From positions 89,654,001 to 89,718,000 of the forward strand of contig NC_086108.1 in NCBI RefSeq assembly GCF_963921235.1: a DNA stretch of 64,000 bases, given 5' to 3'. The stretch's first letter is position 1; the number at the start of each line of letters is the position of its first letter. Of the stretch, positions 51,301 to 63,950 are shown one piece after another. The notes under the pieces are model-generated. The model was not told the origin of the DNA. It did no database searches and was given only the letters and a program-made list of their open reading frames with translations. Made by a program: the position numbers and the translations under genes. This DNA is from Mobula hypostoma (Eukaryota).

Positions 51301-51499
51301 TTACGTTTCTCAATAGATGAATGAGTTGGGATTCAAGTAAGAATGACTCAGAACAGATCTATTACTTTAAATTCACTTTCAGCATTGCCATTGAAAGTGA
51401 GGCATTTGTTACTTGTATCTGGATGACCTTCAGAAACGTGGTGGTGGTGTTCCAAAGTAAACTGTTGCAGTTATATCTTTGAAGTACCCATTCTAATCA

Positions 51500-52075
51500 A
51501 TTATTACAGGAGCACCTTAGAGAGTGTCCAGACCAGCTGGATTACCGTCTGGTATGGGAATTGCAAGGCATCTGACCACAAGACCCTACAAAGGATTGCA
51601 AGGACTGCTGAGAGCATCATCAGGATATCTCTTCCACTCATCTGAGATATTTATCAGGAGCACTGTGTATGCAGGATCCTCAGCAATGTCAATGATCTCT
51701 CCCATCTGTTCAACAGTCTCTTTGGCCTCCTATCATCTGGCAGGAGGTATCATAGTATTAGGACAAGGACCATTAGAATGAGAAACAGCTTCCTCCCCCA
51801 GGCTATGAGATTACTGAACTCCCTGCAACCACCCAGGTCTCCTCACATATGAAGTGCCAGTAGTGTATACTCTACTTTTTTGACATTTTGTTAGAAATGC
51901 AACTTATTATGTGTTAATTTATTTGTGGTAATATTGCTTTATGTGTTGTGTGTGAGTTATTGTGTTGAAGCATTGATTGTTTGAGGTGTTGTGTTGTGCA
52001 TCTTGGTCTAGAGGAATGTTGTTTCGTTTGGCGGTATACACGACTAGAGTTGAATAACAAAAAAACTTGAACTTG
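51500..52075 (+). mobile_element. Rex1/Babar 3' fragment
   Basis: Degenerate ITVWYGNC...NSFLPQAMRLLNS. (AACTTG)n tail. Confidence 0.75.
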
Positions 52076-52277
52076 ATAGTGCTGTGATATATTGAGTTTG
52101 TGCATGGTGACTTGGAGATGATGTTCCTCTAAACTTGGTGCTCTATCCCTTGAAGATGGATGAGGACAGTCTTTGGAGGCGCTGTCGAAGAAGATGGTGC
52201 CAGCAAACAACACTACCATGGAAGACAGCCTGGAGATGGTCCATGGAACTGCTTCCTTCACTTCTTCTACATCTCCT

Positions 52278-52441
52278 TTTTCTTTCAAATATGGTTCTGG
52301 TACCGTTGGAACCTGTGATCTAAAGTTTAGGGAGTTTTTGGGCCATTTGAACATCTTCATTTTCTTTCAAATATATTTCTGGTACCATTGGAGCCTGTGA
52401 TCTAAAGTTTGGGGAGTTTTCGGGCCAGTTGAACATTCTGG
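52278..52441. repeat. Two-copy 82-bp tandem duplication
   Basis: ttttctttcaaatat..ttctggtacc.ttgga.cctgtgatctaaagttt.gggagtttt.gggcca.ttgaacat repeated with scattered mismatches. Confidence 0.85.
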
Positions 52442-53169
52442 CACTTTGCTGTCTCTGAGAGGGTTTTGGAAGGCAAGCAGCTTCGAGGCCAAAAAGAATG
52501 GAGATAGGGCACAAGCCCATGTTCAACTCCATTTCTCACTGATCTTGCTTATTAAGGTATTGAGGAAGACTGAAAACATCAAGGTGAGTACTGAAAGCAT
52601 GCAAGTGTTCAGCATCATCTACCAGCCTCTCACTCCCTGGAGCTGGAGAAGGTGTCTGCCTGTGAGAGTCTCTCTCTCCCTCTCACTCGCTGCTCCCAAA
52701 GGAAAGTCCCTGTATTTAATGGGACTCTGTCCCTTGATGCTGTCAGAGGATGGTACAGAAGTTCTGAGGTATTGTGGATTGGACTGTAGTTCATATCATG
52801 ATGTGTTTTCTGGTCATTTTTTTTTTCTGTTGCTACTTTGAGTGACTTTAAATTGGGACAGCCTGCAGATAATGATCACTGAGCCAAACTGAACATGGAC
52901 TCCTTAATTTTTGTGTTTATAATCTGTGCTTTTCGTTCGATCTTTTTTGTTGGTGTTTGTGCGGTTTGTTTTTTATGTGTGTTGTGGGGGGAAGTTTGGT
53001 GTTTTTCTTTGAACAGGGTCCATAGTTGTCCTTGTTTCATGGATGTCTGTTGTATACTTCATATGTACTTTGATACTTTGAGTTCTTTGAAATTGCTTTT
53101 TTTGAATTGGGGTAGTGTATCCCATAGCTTGTCCACATGATCATTTTTATGGTGGATGTTTAAAAGAGT

Positions 53170-53822
53170 GCTTTGCCCTCTTCACTGCCTGTACATTCTT
53201 AGAAGTTTGTGTAGATTTGGTACGTCATCTAAAAGTCTGATAAACTTCTATAGATGCACCGTGGATAGTATCCTGACTGGTTGCATCACAGCCTGGTATG
53301 GAAATGCCGATGTCCAAGCATGGACAAGCCTACAAAAAATAGTGGATACAGCCCAGTCCATCACAAGCAGAGGCCTTCTCACCATTGAGCACATCCACAA
53401 GGAGCACTGTCACAAAAAACGGAGCATCCATCATCAAGGACTCCCACTATCCTGGCCAAACACTCTTCTCACTGTTGCCAACAAACAGGAAGTATGGAAG
53501 CCTTAGGTCCCATACCACCAGGTTCAGTAACAGTTATTACACTACAAACATTTTTCTCATGAACCGATGTGGATAACTTCACTTGCCTCAACACTGAACT
53601 GATTCTACAACCTATTGGCTCACTTTCAAGGACTCTACAAGTCGTATTCTCAGTATCGCACAGTTAGTCTTCTCTTGCTCACTGGGTGTTCGTCAGTCTT
53701 TGTTTGGGTGTAGCTTTTCTTTGATTCTGTAGTATTTCTTTTACTGTAAACACCTGCAAGAAAATGAATCTCAGGGTAGTATATGGTGACATATCCATAC
53801 TTTGATCATAAATTTACCTTGA
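53170..53822 (+). mobile_element. Rex1/Babar 3' fragment
   Basis: NFYRCTVDSILTGCITAWYGN, HTTRFSNSYY. Confidence 0.85.
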
Positions 53823-55579
53823 ATTTTTTTCTGGCCTGTCTGTCCTAACAGTTGCTATCAAACACAAAGCTCCAATTAGGGACACAATTACATTCTATGC
53901 ACATCTAAGATTTTTTTTTGCAGTTGCCTGGCTGCATCAGGCTGTAACAGTGGCATAGAAGCTCCAACCATACCCGTCTGTAGAATCATGGGTGACAGTA
54001 TATCATAAAAAAAAATATGCTCTCATAGCAGGAAGACAACTTAACAGCTAGCTTTATTGTAGCCTGCATTCTTCCTGATGAGCTTTGTTTCAAAGCCCAT
54101 CATTTGGATGTTTTTGTTCATCCACACAGAGCCATGTAAAGGGAAAGCTTACACAAGATTTTCTAAATATTCTGCGGAAGTAGTAAAATTCTTGCGCTAT
54201 CTAGATTTCCGTTTTTGCCCATTGGGTCTATACTGGCTCTCAGCACAATCCTATCAGTCTATTTCCCCACCCCCCTGTTTTGCTATAACCTGTGCTCTCT
54301 CTTTCTCTGCTTGATCAACTCTCCATCGATCCCTCTACTTCCCACTTAGACTAGGCGTAAGATTAAAATAACCACTTAACCTACCAGCCCTGATATCGTT
54401 GCTACATGGGGGGGGGGGGAAACGGGATCTCAAGGAGGCAAATCCATCCAGTCACTGGGAAAATGGGTGAACTCCACGCAGACAGACCTCAATAAAACAT
54501 GGGTCATGGTGAGGCAGCAGGACTAGCTAATGTGCCTCCATAGGTAGAAAGCATAGAATTGTCCAGACAGGACCTTTTGCTTCTGAATCCTCTTAAAGAG
54601 GGAGAGGAGGGATTATGATTCATATCTTAGCCATGGGGAAAGACAGAGAGAGATCACAGAGGAGAAATAAACAGCAATTTGAAAAACCGAAACCTCAAGG
54701 GGTAATGTGTATAGACAAAGTGATACTAATCATAGAAGAATGGATTAACCTAATAAACAGGTGCAGTGGCAGCAGTCAGTTCACGTGGTGTCCAACTGTG
54801 CTCAGCGGTTTCTTTTCATCTCCAGTGCCCTGACAGACTGCAGTAGCTGAACCTACTGGAGAGTGTATTTCAGCCAGACAGCTGATGCCCGAGTGCAGGC
54901 ATGTTCCTGGGTTTACTTCACAGGTGCTAGTGTTAGCAATTGTCACTCCCATAGAGCACCTCCACAGCTTTGCCATTTGGAGAACAGAGCTTCTGTGTCC
55001 ACAAAATGGTCGTGCGAACTGCCTCTGGTGCTACGATCTAGCAAAAGGATCTGTCACTTTATATTTTCCCCTCATGCAGAAAAATCCAACTGCTGCCCAC
55101 AGAGAGATGGAAGATGGGAAGTGACCTCTGACTTTGGTTATAAAAAAGCAGAGAACCATTTTAGGATGATAGGATTTTGTGATTTTATTTAGAGCTGTGG
55201 AAATATCCGCTTATGTTATACCCTTAGAAAATGGCTTATATAAGCGGACAAAAAACTAACAGGATTCAGAAATGCGTGTCCTGACCAGAAATCACTGAAA
55301 AATTAATGATAGAAAAAGACCAGAATAATATCCACTTTGCTTGCCCTTGCTAAAGACAAAATGATGTCATGAAAATGCCATGAGAAATTCTAGCTGTGAG
55401 AGTTCCAGTGCATAGTCTTAGGCTTTTGTTCTTTCTAGATTTCAACAATTTAATGTCTCAATTAAAATAGCACACAGTAGAACATTTTACAAGAGAATTA
55501 GGCACTCTTCTTTTAATATTCCCCATAGCAATGGACCTACTCTTTTAGTTCTTATTGTTCACTATTTTCAATTAAAATC

Positions 55580-56140
55580 ATAAAACACTACAGAAACAGG
55601 CCACATCTACTTCGTGCCAAGCTAGTAATATGCCTAGTACCATCGACCTGCACCTGGACCATAGCGCTCCATACCCCTCCTGTCCATGTACCTTTCCAAT
55701 ATTTTATTAAATATTGAAATCGAACCCAGATCTACCACTTGTGCTGGCAGCTCGTTCCCCACTCTCGCCATCATCTAAATGAAGAAAATCCCCCTCATGT
55801 TCCCCTTAAACATTTTACCTTTCACTCTTAATCCATGATCTCTAGTTCTAGTTTCACCCAAAGTCAGTGGAAGAAGTCAGCTTACATTTACCTTTTTTAT
55901 AGCCCTCAAAACTTTGTATACCTCTATCAAATCTCACCTCATTCTCTTATGCTCTAGGGAATAAAGTCCTAATCTATTAAACTTTTCCCCTATAACTCAG
56001 ATCCTCAAGTCCTTGCAACATCCTTGTTAACCTTCTCTGCACTTTTTCAATCTTATTGGCATCTTTCCCAGGTAGGTGACCAGAAGAGTACACAATACTC
56101 CATATTAAGGATCACTAATGTCTTATACAACAGCAACATA
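55580..56140 (-). mobile_element. CR1 3' fragment
   Basis: Antisense CR1 C-terminus (ggtgaccagaagagtacacaatactcc; tatcaaatctcacctcattctc). Confidence 0.75.
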
Positions 56141-57530
56141 GCAGATAAGGTGAGAGAGAGAAATGGTGAAGGAGTACTGGGAGGGGCCATTACCAGAAGT
56201 TTGAGTAATCGATGTTCATGCTATAAGATTGGAGGCTACCCAGACGGAATATAACGTGTTGCTTCTCCAGCCTGAGTGTGGTCTCATCGCAGCAGTAGAG
56301 GAAGCCATGGACTGACATGTCTGAGTGGAAATGAGAAGTGGAATTAAAGTGAGTGGCTACTGAGAGATCCCTCTTTGTCTTGCGGATAGAGTATAGATGC
56401 TGGCGAAGCAGTCTCCCAATCTACATCTGGTCTCACCAATATACAGGAGGCCACACCGGGATTTGCGGATACAGTAGATGACTCTAACAGACTCACAGGT
56501 GAAGTGCCCCTTCACCTGGATGGACTGTTTGGGGCCCTGAATTCTAATGAGGAAGGAGGTGTAGGGGCAGGCGTAGCACTTGTTCCACTTGCAAGGATAA
56601 GTACCAGGAGGGAGATCAGTGCAGAGGGATGAATGGACAATGGAGTCATAAAGGGAGCGATCCCTGCAGAAAGCAGAAAGTTGGGGGTGGGGAGAGGGAA
56701 AGATATGCTTGGTAGTGGGATCCCGTTGGAGATGACGGATGTTACGGAGAATTATGTGGTAGACATGGAGGCCAGTGGGGTGGTAGGTAAGGGCAAGAGG
56801 ATCCTTATCCCTGGTGTGTTGGCGGATGGATGGGGTGAGGGCAGACATGCGTGAAATAGAAGGGCAACATTGATGATAGGGAAGGAAAGCCCCTTTCTTT
56901 GAAGAAAGGGGTCATCTCATTAGTTCTGGAATGAAAAGCCTCATCCTGAGAGCATATGCAGCAGAGATGGAGGAATTGAGAGAAAGGGGTGTCATTTTTA
57001 CAAGTAACGGGGGGGAAGAGATATATACCAGGTAGCTGTGAGGATCTGTGTGTTTATAGAAGATATCAGTGGATAAATATTGATTTCATGAACTTCCAGT
57101 AATAGCGCCACCCCACCACTCCTTTTCCTTCACCATTACTCATTCCCATTTCCCTCTCTCACCTTGTCTTTTTCCTGCCCATCGCCTCCCTCTGGTGCTC
57201 CTCTGCCTTCCCTTTCTTCCATGGCCTTCTGTCCTCTCCTATCAGATTCCCCTTTCTCCAAACCTTTATCTTTTTCTTTATCTCTATCACTTCCCAGTTC
57301 TGTACTCCTCCTCCTCTCCCAGTTTCACCTATTACCTACTACCTAGCACTCCTTTCTTCCCTCCCCCCACCATTTTTTTACTCTGACCTCATCTCTTTTT
57401 TCCCAGTCCTGCTGAAGAGTCTTGGTCCGAAAAGTCAATTGTTTACTCTTTTCCATAGATGCTGCTTGGCCTGCTGAGTTCCTCCAGTATTTTGTGTGTA
57501 TTACTTTGGTTTTCAGCATTTGCAGATTTT
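56140..57530 (-). mobile_element. Penelope-like element: GIY-YIG endonuclease region (minus, 56140-57075) with an inverted pLTR (plus, about 57076-57530)
   Basis: ORF 56357-56848 encodes PGTYPCKWNKCYACPY...FTCESVRVIYCIRKSRCGLLYIGETRCRL. The NIDFxNF end and C/T-rich tail occur in both orientations. Hammerhead-like motif at 57404-57441. Confidence 0.88.
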
Positions 57531-57534
57531 GTCT

Positions 57535-59170
57535 TGTCCCTGTACTCAATACTTTGATTTATGAAGGACAATGTGCCAAAAGCTATCTCTATGATCCTTT
57601 CTATCTGCGATGCCACTTTCAAGGATTTATGGATATGATTTTCCAGATCCCTTTCTTCTACCACATTCTTCCTTGTCCTACCACTCACTGTACAAGTCCT
57701 ACCCTGGGTTGTCCCCCCAAAGCGCAACACCTCAGACTTGTCTGCATTAAATTCCATCTGCCATTTTTCCAGCTGTTCCAGAACCCGCTGCAAGCCTTGA
57801 TAGTCTTCCTCGCTGTCTACTGCACCCCAAATCTTGGTGTCATCCGCAAATTTGCTGATCCAGGTTACCACATTATCAGATAGACCTTTGATATAGATGA
57901 CGTACAACAATAGACCCAGCACCAATGCTTGTGGCACACTACTAGGCACAGGCCTCCGATAAGAGAGGCAACCATCTACTACCGCTCTTCAGCTTCTAAT
58001 GTCTAATCCATTTACTGAATGCCAAGCAGCTGAACCTTCTTAACCAACCTCCCATGCAGGACCTTGTCAAAGACCTTGCTAAAATCAATGTAGATAATGT
58101 ACACTGCCTTGGCTTCAGCAGGTTTCCAGGTAGCCTCCTTGAAAAATTCTGTTAAAATTAGTTAGACACAAACTAAAATGCACAAAGCCATGATGACTAT
58201 CCCTAATCAGTCCCTGTCTAATCAAATACTTATATATCCGGTCCCTTAGAATACCTTCCAATAACTTACCAATTACTGCTGTCAAGCTTACCGTCCTATA
58301 AACTACCGTCTTATTTTTAGAGCCTTTCTTAAACAATGGAACAACATTAGCTATCCTCCAGCACCTCATCCATTGTTGACGACATTTTAGATATCACTGT
58401 TACGGCCCCTACAATTTCTGTACCAGCTTCCTACTAAGACTAAGGGAACATTTTGTCAAACCCTGGTGATTTATCCACCTTAATTCACCTCAAAAGAGCA
58501 AACGTCACCTCTGTAGTTTGTATACGGTCCATGACCTCATAGGTATTTCTATAGTCTCTGCGTCCATCTCCTGAATAAAGACAGATTCAGATAAAAATCC
58601 ATTTAAGATCTCTCATATGTCTTTTGGCTCCATGCATAGATGACCACTTTGGTCATCAAGAAAATCAATTTTGTCCCTTGTAATCCTTGTGCTCTTAATA
58701 TATCTTCCCTTAGGAAGCTCCTTCACCTCATCTGCTAGAGCAACCTCTTTTATCCCTCCTGACTTCCTCCATAAGTGTTTACCTGGATTTTTTATATTCT
58801 TCAATTAGGTCACTTGTTCCTTTCTGTCTGTACCTGCTATGTACCTCTTTCATCTTCTTAACCAGGGCCTCAATATCTCTTGAAAAGCAAGGTTCCCTAA
58901 ACCTGTTGTCCTTGCCTTTTATTCTACCAGGAACATATAGACTCTGTACTCTTAAATCTTCACTTTTGAAGGCTTCCTACTTACCAAGCACACTTTTGCC
59001 TGAAAATATTCTGTCCCAATCCACACTTGTCAGATCCTTTCTGACACCATCAAAATTGGCCTTTCTCCAATTTAGAATCTCATCTCAAGGAACAGACCTA
59101 TCCTTCTCCATAAATATATTGAAATTAATGATTTCATTATGATCACTAGATGCAAAGTGTTCCCCTACAC
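57535..59170 (-). mobile_element. Decayed CR1 ORF2 fragment
   Basis: [39 protein letters not shown] region near 59140. Confidence 0.85.
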
Positions 59171-59313
59171 AAACAAAGAGTGGGTTAAAAAGTCAGTACC
59201 ACTTCCTCCAGCAGCTTGTTTGTTAGTACAGATTCCAACACTTGCAATCTCATGTGCATAGGTCATTGAAAGTGGCAGTTAGAGGATTCTGGGTTTTATT
59301 TATAGAGGAATAG

Positions 59314-61505
59314 ACACCCAGGAACTTGAAACTGCTAACTCACTCCACTTCTGATCCCTCTATGAGGACTGGTAAGTGTTCCCTGATCTTACCTTTCCTG
59401 AAGTCCACAATAGGTTGTTGCTGCGAACACCATTCCACAAGCTGGTATGTCGCACTCCTGTACGCCCTCTTGCCATCAGAGATTCTACCAACAATGGCTG
59501 TATCATCAGCCAATTTATGGATGGTATTTGAGCTATGCCTAGCCACACAGTTATGGGTATAGAGAGAGTAGATCAGTGGGCTAAGCACACACCCCTGAGG
59601 TGTGCCAGTGTTGATCATCAGCGAGGAGGAGATGTTATCACCAATCCTCACAGATTGTGGTCTTCTGGTTAGGAAGTCGAGAATCCAATTGCACAGGGAG
59701 GTACAAAGGCCCATTTTAGAAACATAGAAAATAGGTGCAAGAGTAGGCCATTCGGCCCTTCGAGCCTGCACTGCCATTTATTATGATCATGGCTGATCAT
59801 CGAACTCAGAACCCTGCCCCAGCCTTCCCTCCATACCCCCTGACCCCTGTAGCCACAAGGGCCATATCTAACTCCCTCTTAAACATAGCCAATGAACTGG
59901 CCTCAACAGTTTGCTGTGGCAGAGAATTCCACAGATTCACCACTCTCTGTGTGAAGAAGTTTTTCCTAATCTCGGTCCTAAAAGGCTTCCCCTCTATCCT
60001 CAAACTGTGACCCCTCGTTCTGGACTTCCCCAACATCGGGAACAATCTTCCTGCATCTAGCCTGTCCAATCCCTTTAGGATCTTATACGTTTCAATCAGA
60101 TCCCCCCTCAATCTTCTAAATTCCAACGAGTACAAGCCCAGTTCATCCAGTCTTTCTTCATATGAAAGTCCTGCCATCCCAGGAATCAATCTGGTGAACC
60201 TTCTTTGTACTCCCTCTATGGCAAAGATGTCTTTCCTCAGATTAGGGGACCAAAACTGCACACAATACTCCAGGTGTGGTCTCACCAAGGCCTTGTACAA
60301 CTGCAGTAGTACCTCCCTGCTCCTGTACTCGAATCCTCTCGCTATAAATGCCAGCATACCATTCGCCTTTTTCACCGCCTGCTGTACCTGCATGCCCACT
60401 TTCAATGACTGGTGTATAATGACACCCAGGTCTCGTTGCACCTCCCCTTTTCCTAATCGGCCACCATTCAGATAATAATCTGTTTTCCTATTTTTGCCAC
60501 CAAAGTGGATAACTTCACATTTATCCACATTAAATTGCATCTGCCATGAGTTTGCCCACTCACCCAACCTATCCAAGTCACCCTGCATCCTCTTAGCATC
60601 CTCCTCACTGCTAACACTGCCACCCAGCTTCGTGTCATCCGCAAACTTGGAGATGCTGCATTTAATTCCCTCATCCAAGTCATTAATATATATTGTAAAC
60701 AACTGGGGTCCCAGCACTGAGCCTTGCGGTACCCCACTAGTCACTGCCTGCCATTTTGAAAAGGTCCCGTTTATTCCCACTCTTTGCTTCCTCTCTGCTA
60801 ACCAATTCTCCACCCACACCAATACCTTACCCCCAATACCGTGTGCTTTAAGTTTGCACACTAATCTCCTGTGTGGGACCTTGTCAAAAGCCTTTTGAAA
60901 ATCCAAATATACCACATCCACTGGTTCTCCCCTATCCACTCTACTAGTTACATCCTCAAAAAATTCTATGAGATTCGTCAGACATGATTTTCCTTTCACA
61001 AATCCATGCTGACTTTGTCCGATCATTTCACCGCTTTCCAAATGTGCTGTTATCACATCCTTGATAACTGACTCCAGCAGTTTCCCCACCACCGACGTTA
61101 GGCTAACCGGTCTATAATTCCCTGGTTTCTCTCTCCCTCCTTTTTTAAAAAGTGGGGTTACATTAGCCACCCTCCAATCCTCAGGAACTAGTCCAGAACA
61201 AGTTTTCTGTAACTTGTCAATGAGGATTGTGGGAATGATGGTGTTAAATGCTGAGTTATGGTCGATGATCAACATCCTAACACAGGTGTTTGTATTGTCC
61301 AGGTGGTCTAAAGCCATGTGAAGAGCCATCAAGATTGCATCTGATGTTGACCTATTGTGGCAATAGGCAAATTGCAATGGGTCCAGGTCCTTGCTGAGGC
61401 AGGAATTTAGTCTAGTCATGACCAACCTCTCAAAGCACTTCATCACCGTAGATGTGAGTGCTACCAGGCGTTAATCATTAAGGCAGCTCACATTCTTCTT
61501 AGGCA
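59314..61505 (-). mobile_element. Rex1/Babar RT fragment split by a young CR1 insertion
   Basis: 61199-61505 encodes MKCFERLV...LDPLQFAY...[15 protein letters not shown]. 59314-59713 continues [14 protein letters not shown]...PQGCVLSP...LADDT. Confidence 0.9.
59717..61198 (-). mobile_element. Young 5'-truncated CR1 LINE with a complete open RT domain
   Basis: Near-identical to 47420-48900. (TTTCTATG)n tail. Confidence 0.95.
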
Positions 61506-62239
61506 TTCACAAGTGTGAAGTATCATGTCCAGTTCTGGGTATGATGCTTTAGAAAATCTTGAAGATTTAGAGATGGTACTTTAGAGATTCACTGCTGTGG
61601 TGCTGGAATTGAAGTATTTTAAGTTATGTGAATGGATTAGAGAAACAGGGATTGCTAGGACAGTGGAGGTTGAAAGGGGATTTGACAGAGGTGACTGCTG
61701 GGCAGTGAAGTAGCTGTAATAGGTGGATAAGTCAAGAACTTCGAGGCATAAAATGAAGCTGCCTGGCAATGGAACCAAAAGTGACTTGAAGATCAGTTCT
61801 TTTACACAGTGAGTGGTTAATGTCTGCAATACACTAGCAGGAGTATTATATTATAGCATTTAAAAGAGAACTGGATTAGTAAAAGAAAGAGAAATTTAAG
61901 GTACAGCAAAAAACAAAAACAAACTTGGGACTAGCTGGGTTGCTCTTGTATAGAGCTAGTAAGAATTTAAAAGGTGGAATGGATGTTTGTCCTGTAATCA
62001 ATCTGTAGTTCTCTGACTTCATCTAGTCATTAGGTGCCGGTCAAAATTCAAAGTTATTTGGGTTTTCTCTAATGCACAATCAAAAGATCCTAGAAGTACA
62101 AAAATACTTAGATCCACAAAAATACTTATGCTTTCTATTTGACTTACTAATATGATCTGAATTTTTGGTACAGATATTACTTCATAAGAATTTGCTCAGA
62201 TTATGCCATCATAGGAATTTTGACCCAACTATACTTTCC

Positions 62240-62412
62240 CACAAACATAAGAGATTCTGCAGATAACAGGAATTCTGCAGATGCTGGAAATTCAAGCAAC
62301 ATGTGAACCGTGAGTAATACACACAAAATTCTGGAGAAACTCAGCAGGTCAAGTAGCATCTATGGAGGGGAAGAAACGATCAAACGTTTCAGGCTGACAC
62401 CCTTCATCAGCA
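62240..62412 (-). mobile_element. Penelope pLTR fragment with the best-preserved hammerhead core (62378-62412)
   Basis: Minus strand: gtgCTGATGAagggtgtcagcctGAAAcgtttgatc. Confidence 0.72.
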
Positions 62413-63443
62413 CACTTTGTCGTGCTGACCTCTATGAAATTAAAACCATATTACTGGTAATGTTAGGGAATGACTAATACCCCTATCTGTACTGGTTATC
62501 ATGTTAAAAGAAAAACACCATAAATTTAGACAAAGATTACTGCCAAATCAAAATAAATCATAATACATTATGGGGAGCTGTAATTAATTATGATAATCCT
62601 TCATAGCTTTGAGTTAATTGAAGAGGATTAAGATAATGTTTCTTTTAAGTTCTTTAAACATCTTTCATAAATATAGGTAAGTACATTGCAATATTGTAGT
62701 TATTCTTCAACAGTGCTTTCTGTAGCATCTGCATTTGGATACCAGCTAGGCAAGGGCTCCCAACCTAGGATCCTTGCTTAATGGTATTGATCCACGGCAT
62801 AAAAAAGGTTGGGAACTCCTTAGCCAGAGCAATATTTCAGCACTTCTGGACCTTCTACATTTTCCAGTCTTATTTTGTATCAAGGGCTTTGTTTGAGTTG
62901 AGATGGAATGAACAAGGCTAATTTGTTTTTTTTATTTGTTCAACCTCTTTACTGTAAAACAATTATGCTATTTTGAGGTGCTTTAGGATTTCTTCTACTT
63001 TTGTGGCTTACACAAAGGGAAATTCAAAGTTACAGCTGTCAAAAACTTCGATACTGTAATTCTATAAAGAAAATGCTGAATTTGCTGGTTAGCTAAATAG
63101 GTATATACAGGTATATTTGTTGAACTGTTTATTGAGAGTTTTAATTTATAATTCTAAATGCTAACTCTTATATGTAAGCTTTTCTAAAGTTCAATTTTAG
63201 TAACATTGACTGTCAGTTTTTTTTATTATAGCTTAGCCATTTTAACAATATAATTCTTGGTCAACTCCTACTTTTGCCACTTCATTTTCTCAGTGTCTGG
63301 ATGTGGAGGACCCCCAATCCTCTTCACAAGACATTCAATGGGTGGCTGAAAAATCAAGGTCTCCTTTCCCTTGACTGATGTGCAGCAGCCTGAGTTAACC
63401 CTGAATCTAATCTTCCCAGAGTAGGAGGGTGTGTCATTGAGTA

Positions 63444-63950
63444 AACACAAGAGATTATGCAAACGCTGGAAATCAGACAAAATGCTGGAGGAGCTCAGCA
63501 GGTCAGGCAGCATCTATGGAAAGGAATAAACAGTCGAGGCCCTCCATCAGGACTGAAAACAAAGGGGGGAGGTGCCAGAATAAGAAGGTAGGGGAGGGGA
63601 AAGAGTAAAATCTGGCAGGTGTATGGTGGAAGAGGTTGTAAGGGCTGAATAAGAAGGACTCTGGTAGGAGAATGGACCATGGGTGAAAGGGAAAGTGGAG
63701 GTCCACCAGAGGAAAAAAAGTGAGAAGCGGGAGGGAGGAAAAGTTACCCGAAGTTAGAGAAATCAATGTTTATGCTATCAGATTTGAGGCTACGCAGATG
63801 GAACATGGTGCTGCTCCTCCAACTGGAGAGTGGCCTCATCATGGGAGTAGAGGAAACCATACCCCAACATTTTGGAAAAGGACAGGAAATAGAATTAAAA
63901 TGTGTGGCCACCAGGAAAGTCCACCTTTCGCGGCAGATAGAGTGAAAGTG
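63444..63950 (-). mobile_element. Penelope pLTR and ORF end fragment
   Basis: Antisense of the NIDFSNF end and EQHHV region, with a C/T-rich tail. The hammerhead motif has lost its GAAAC half (63531-63555). Confidence 0.75.

Noticed and set aside
52278..52441. Direct repeats as a CRISPR-like array
   Set aside because: Only two adjacent 82-bp units with no spacers, in a vertebrate intron context.
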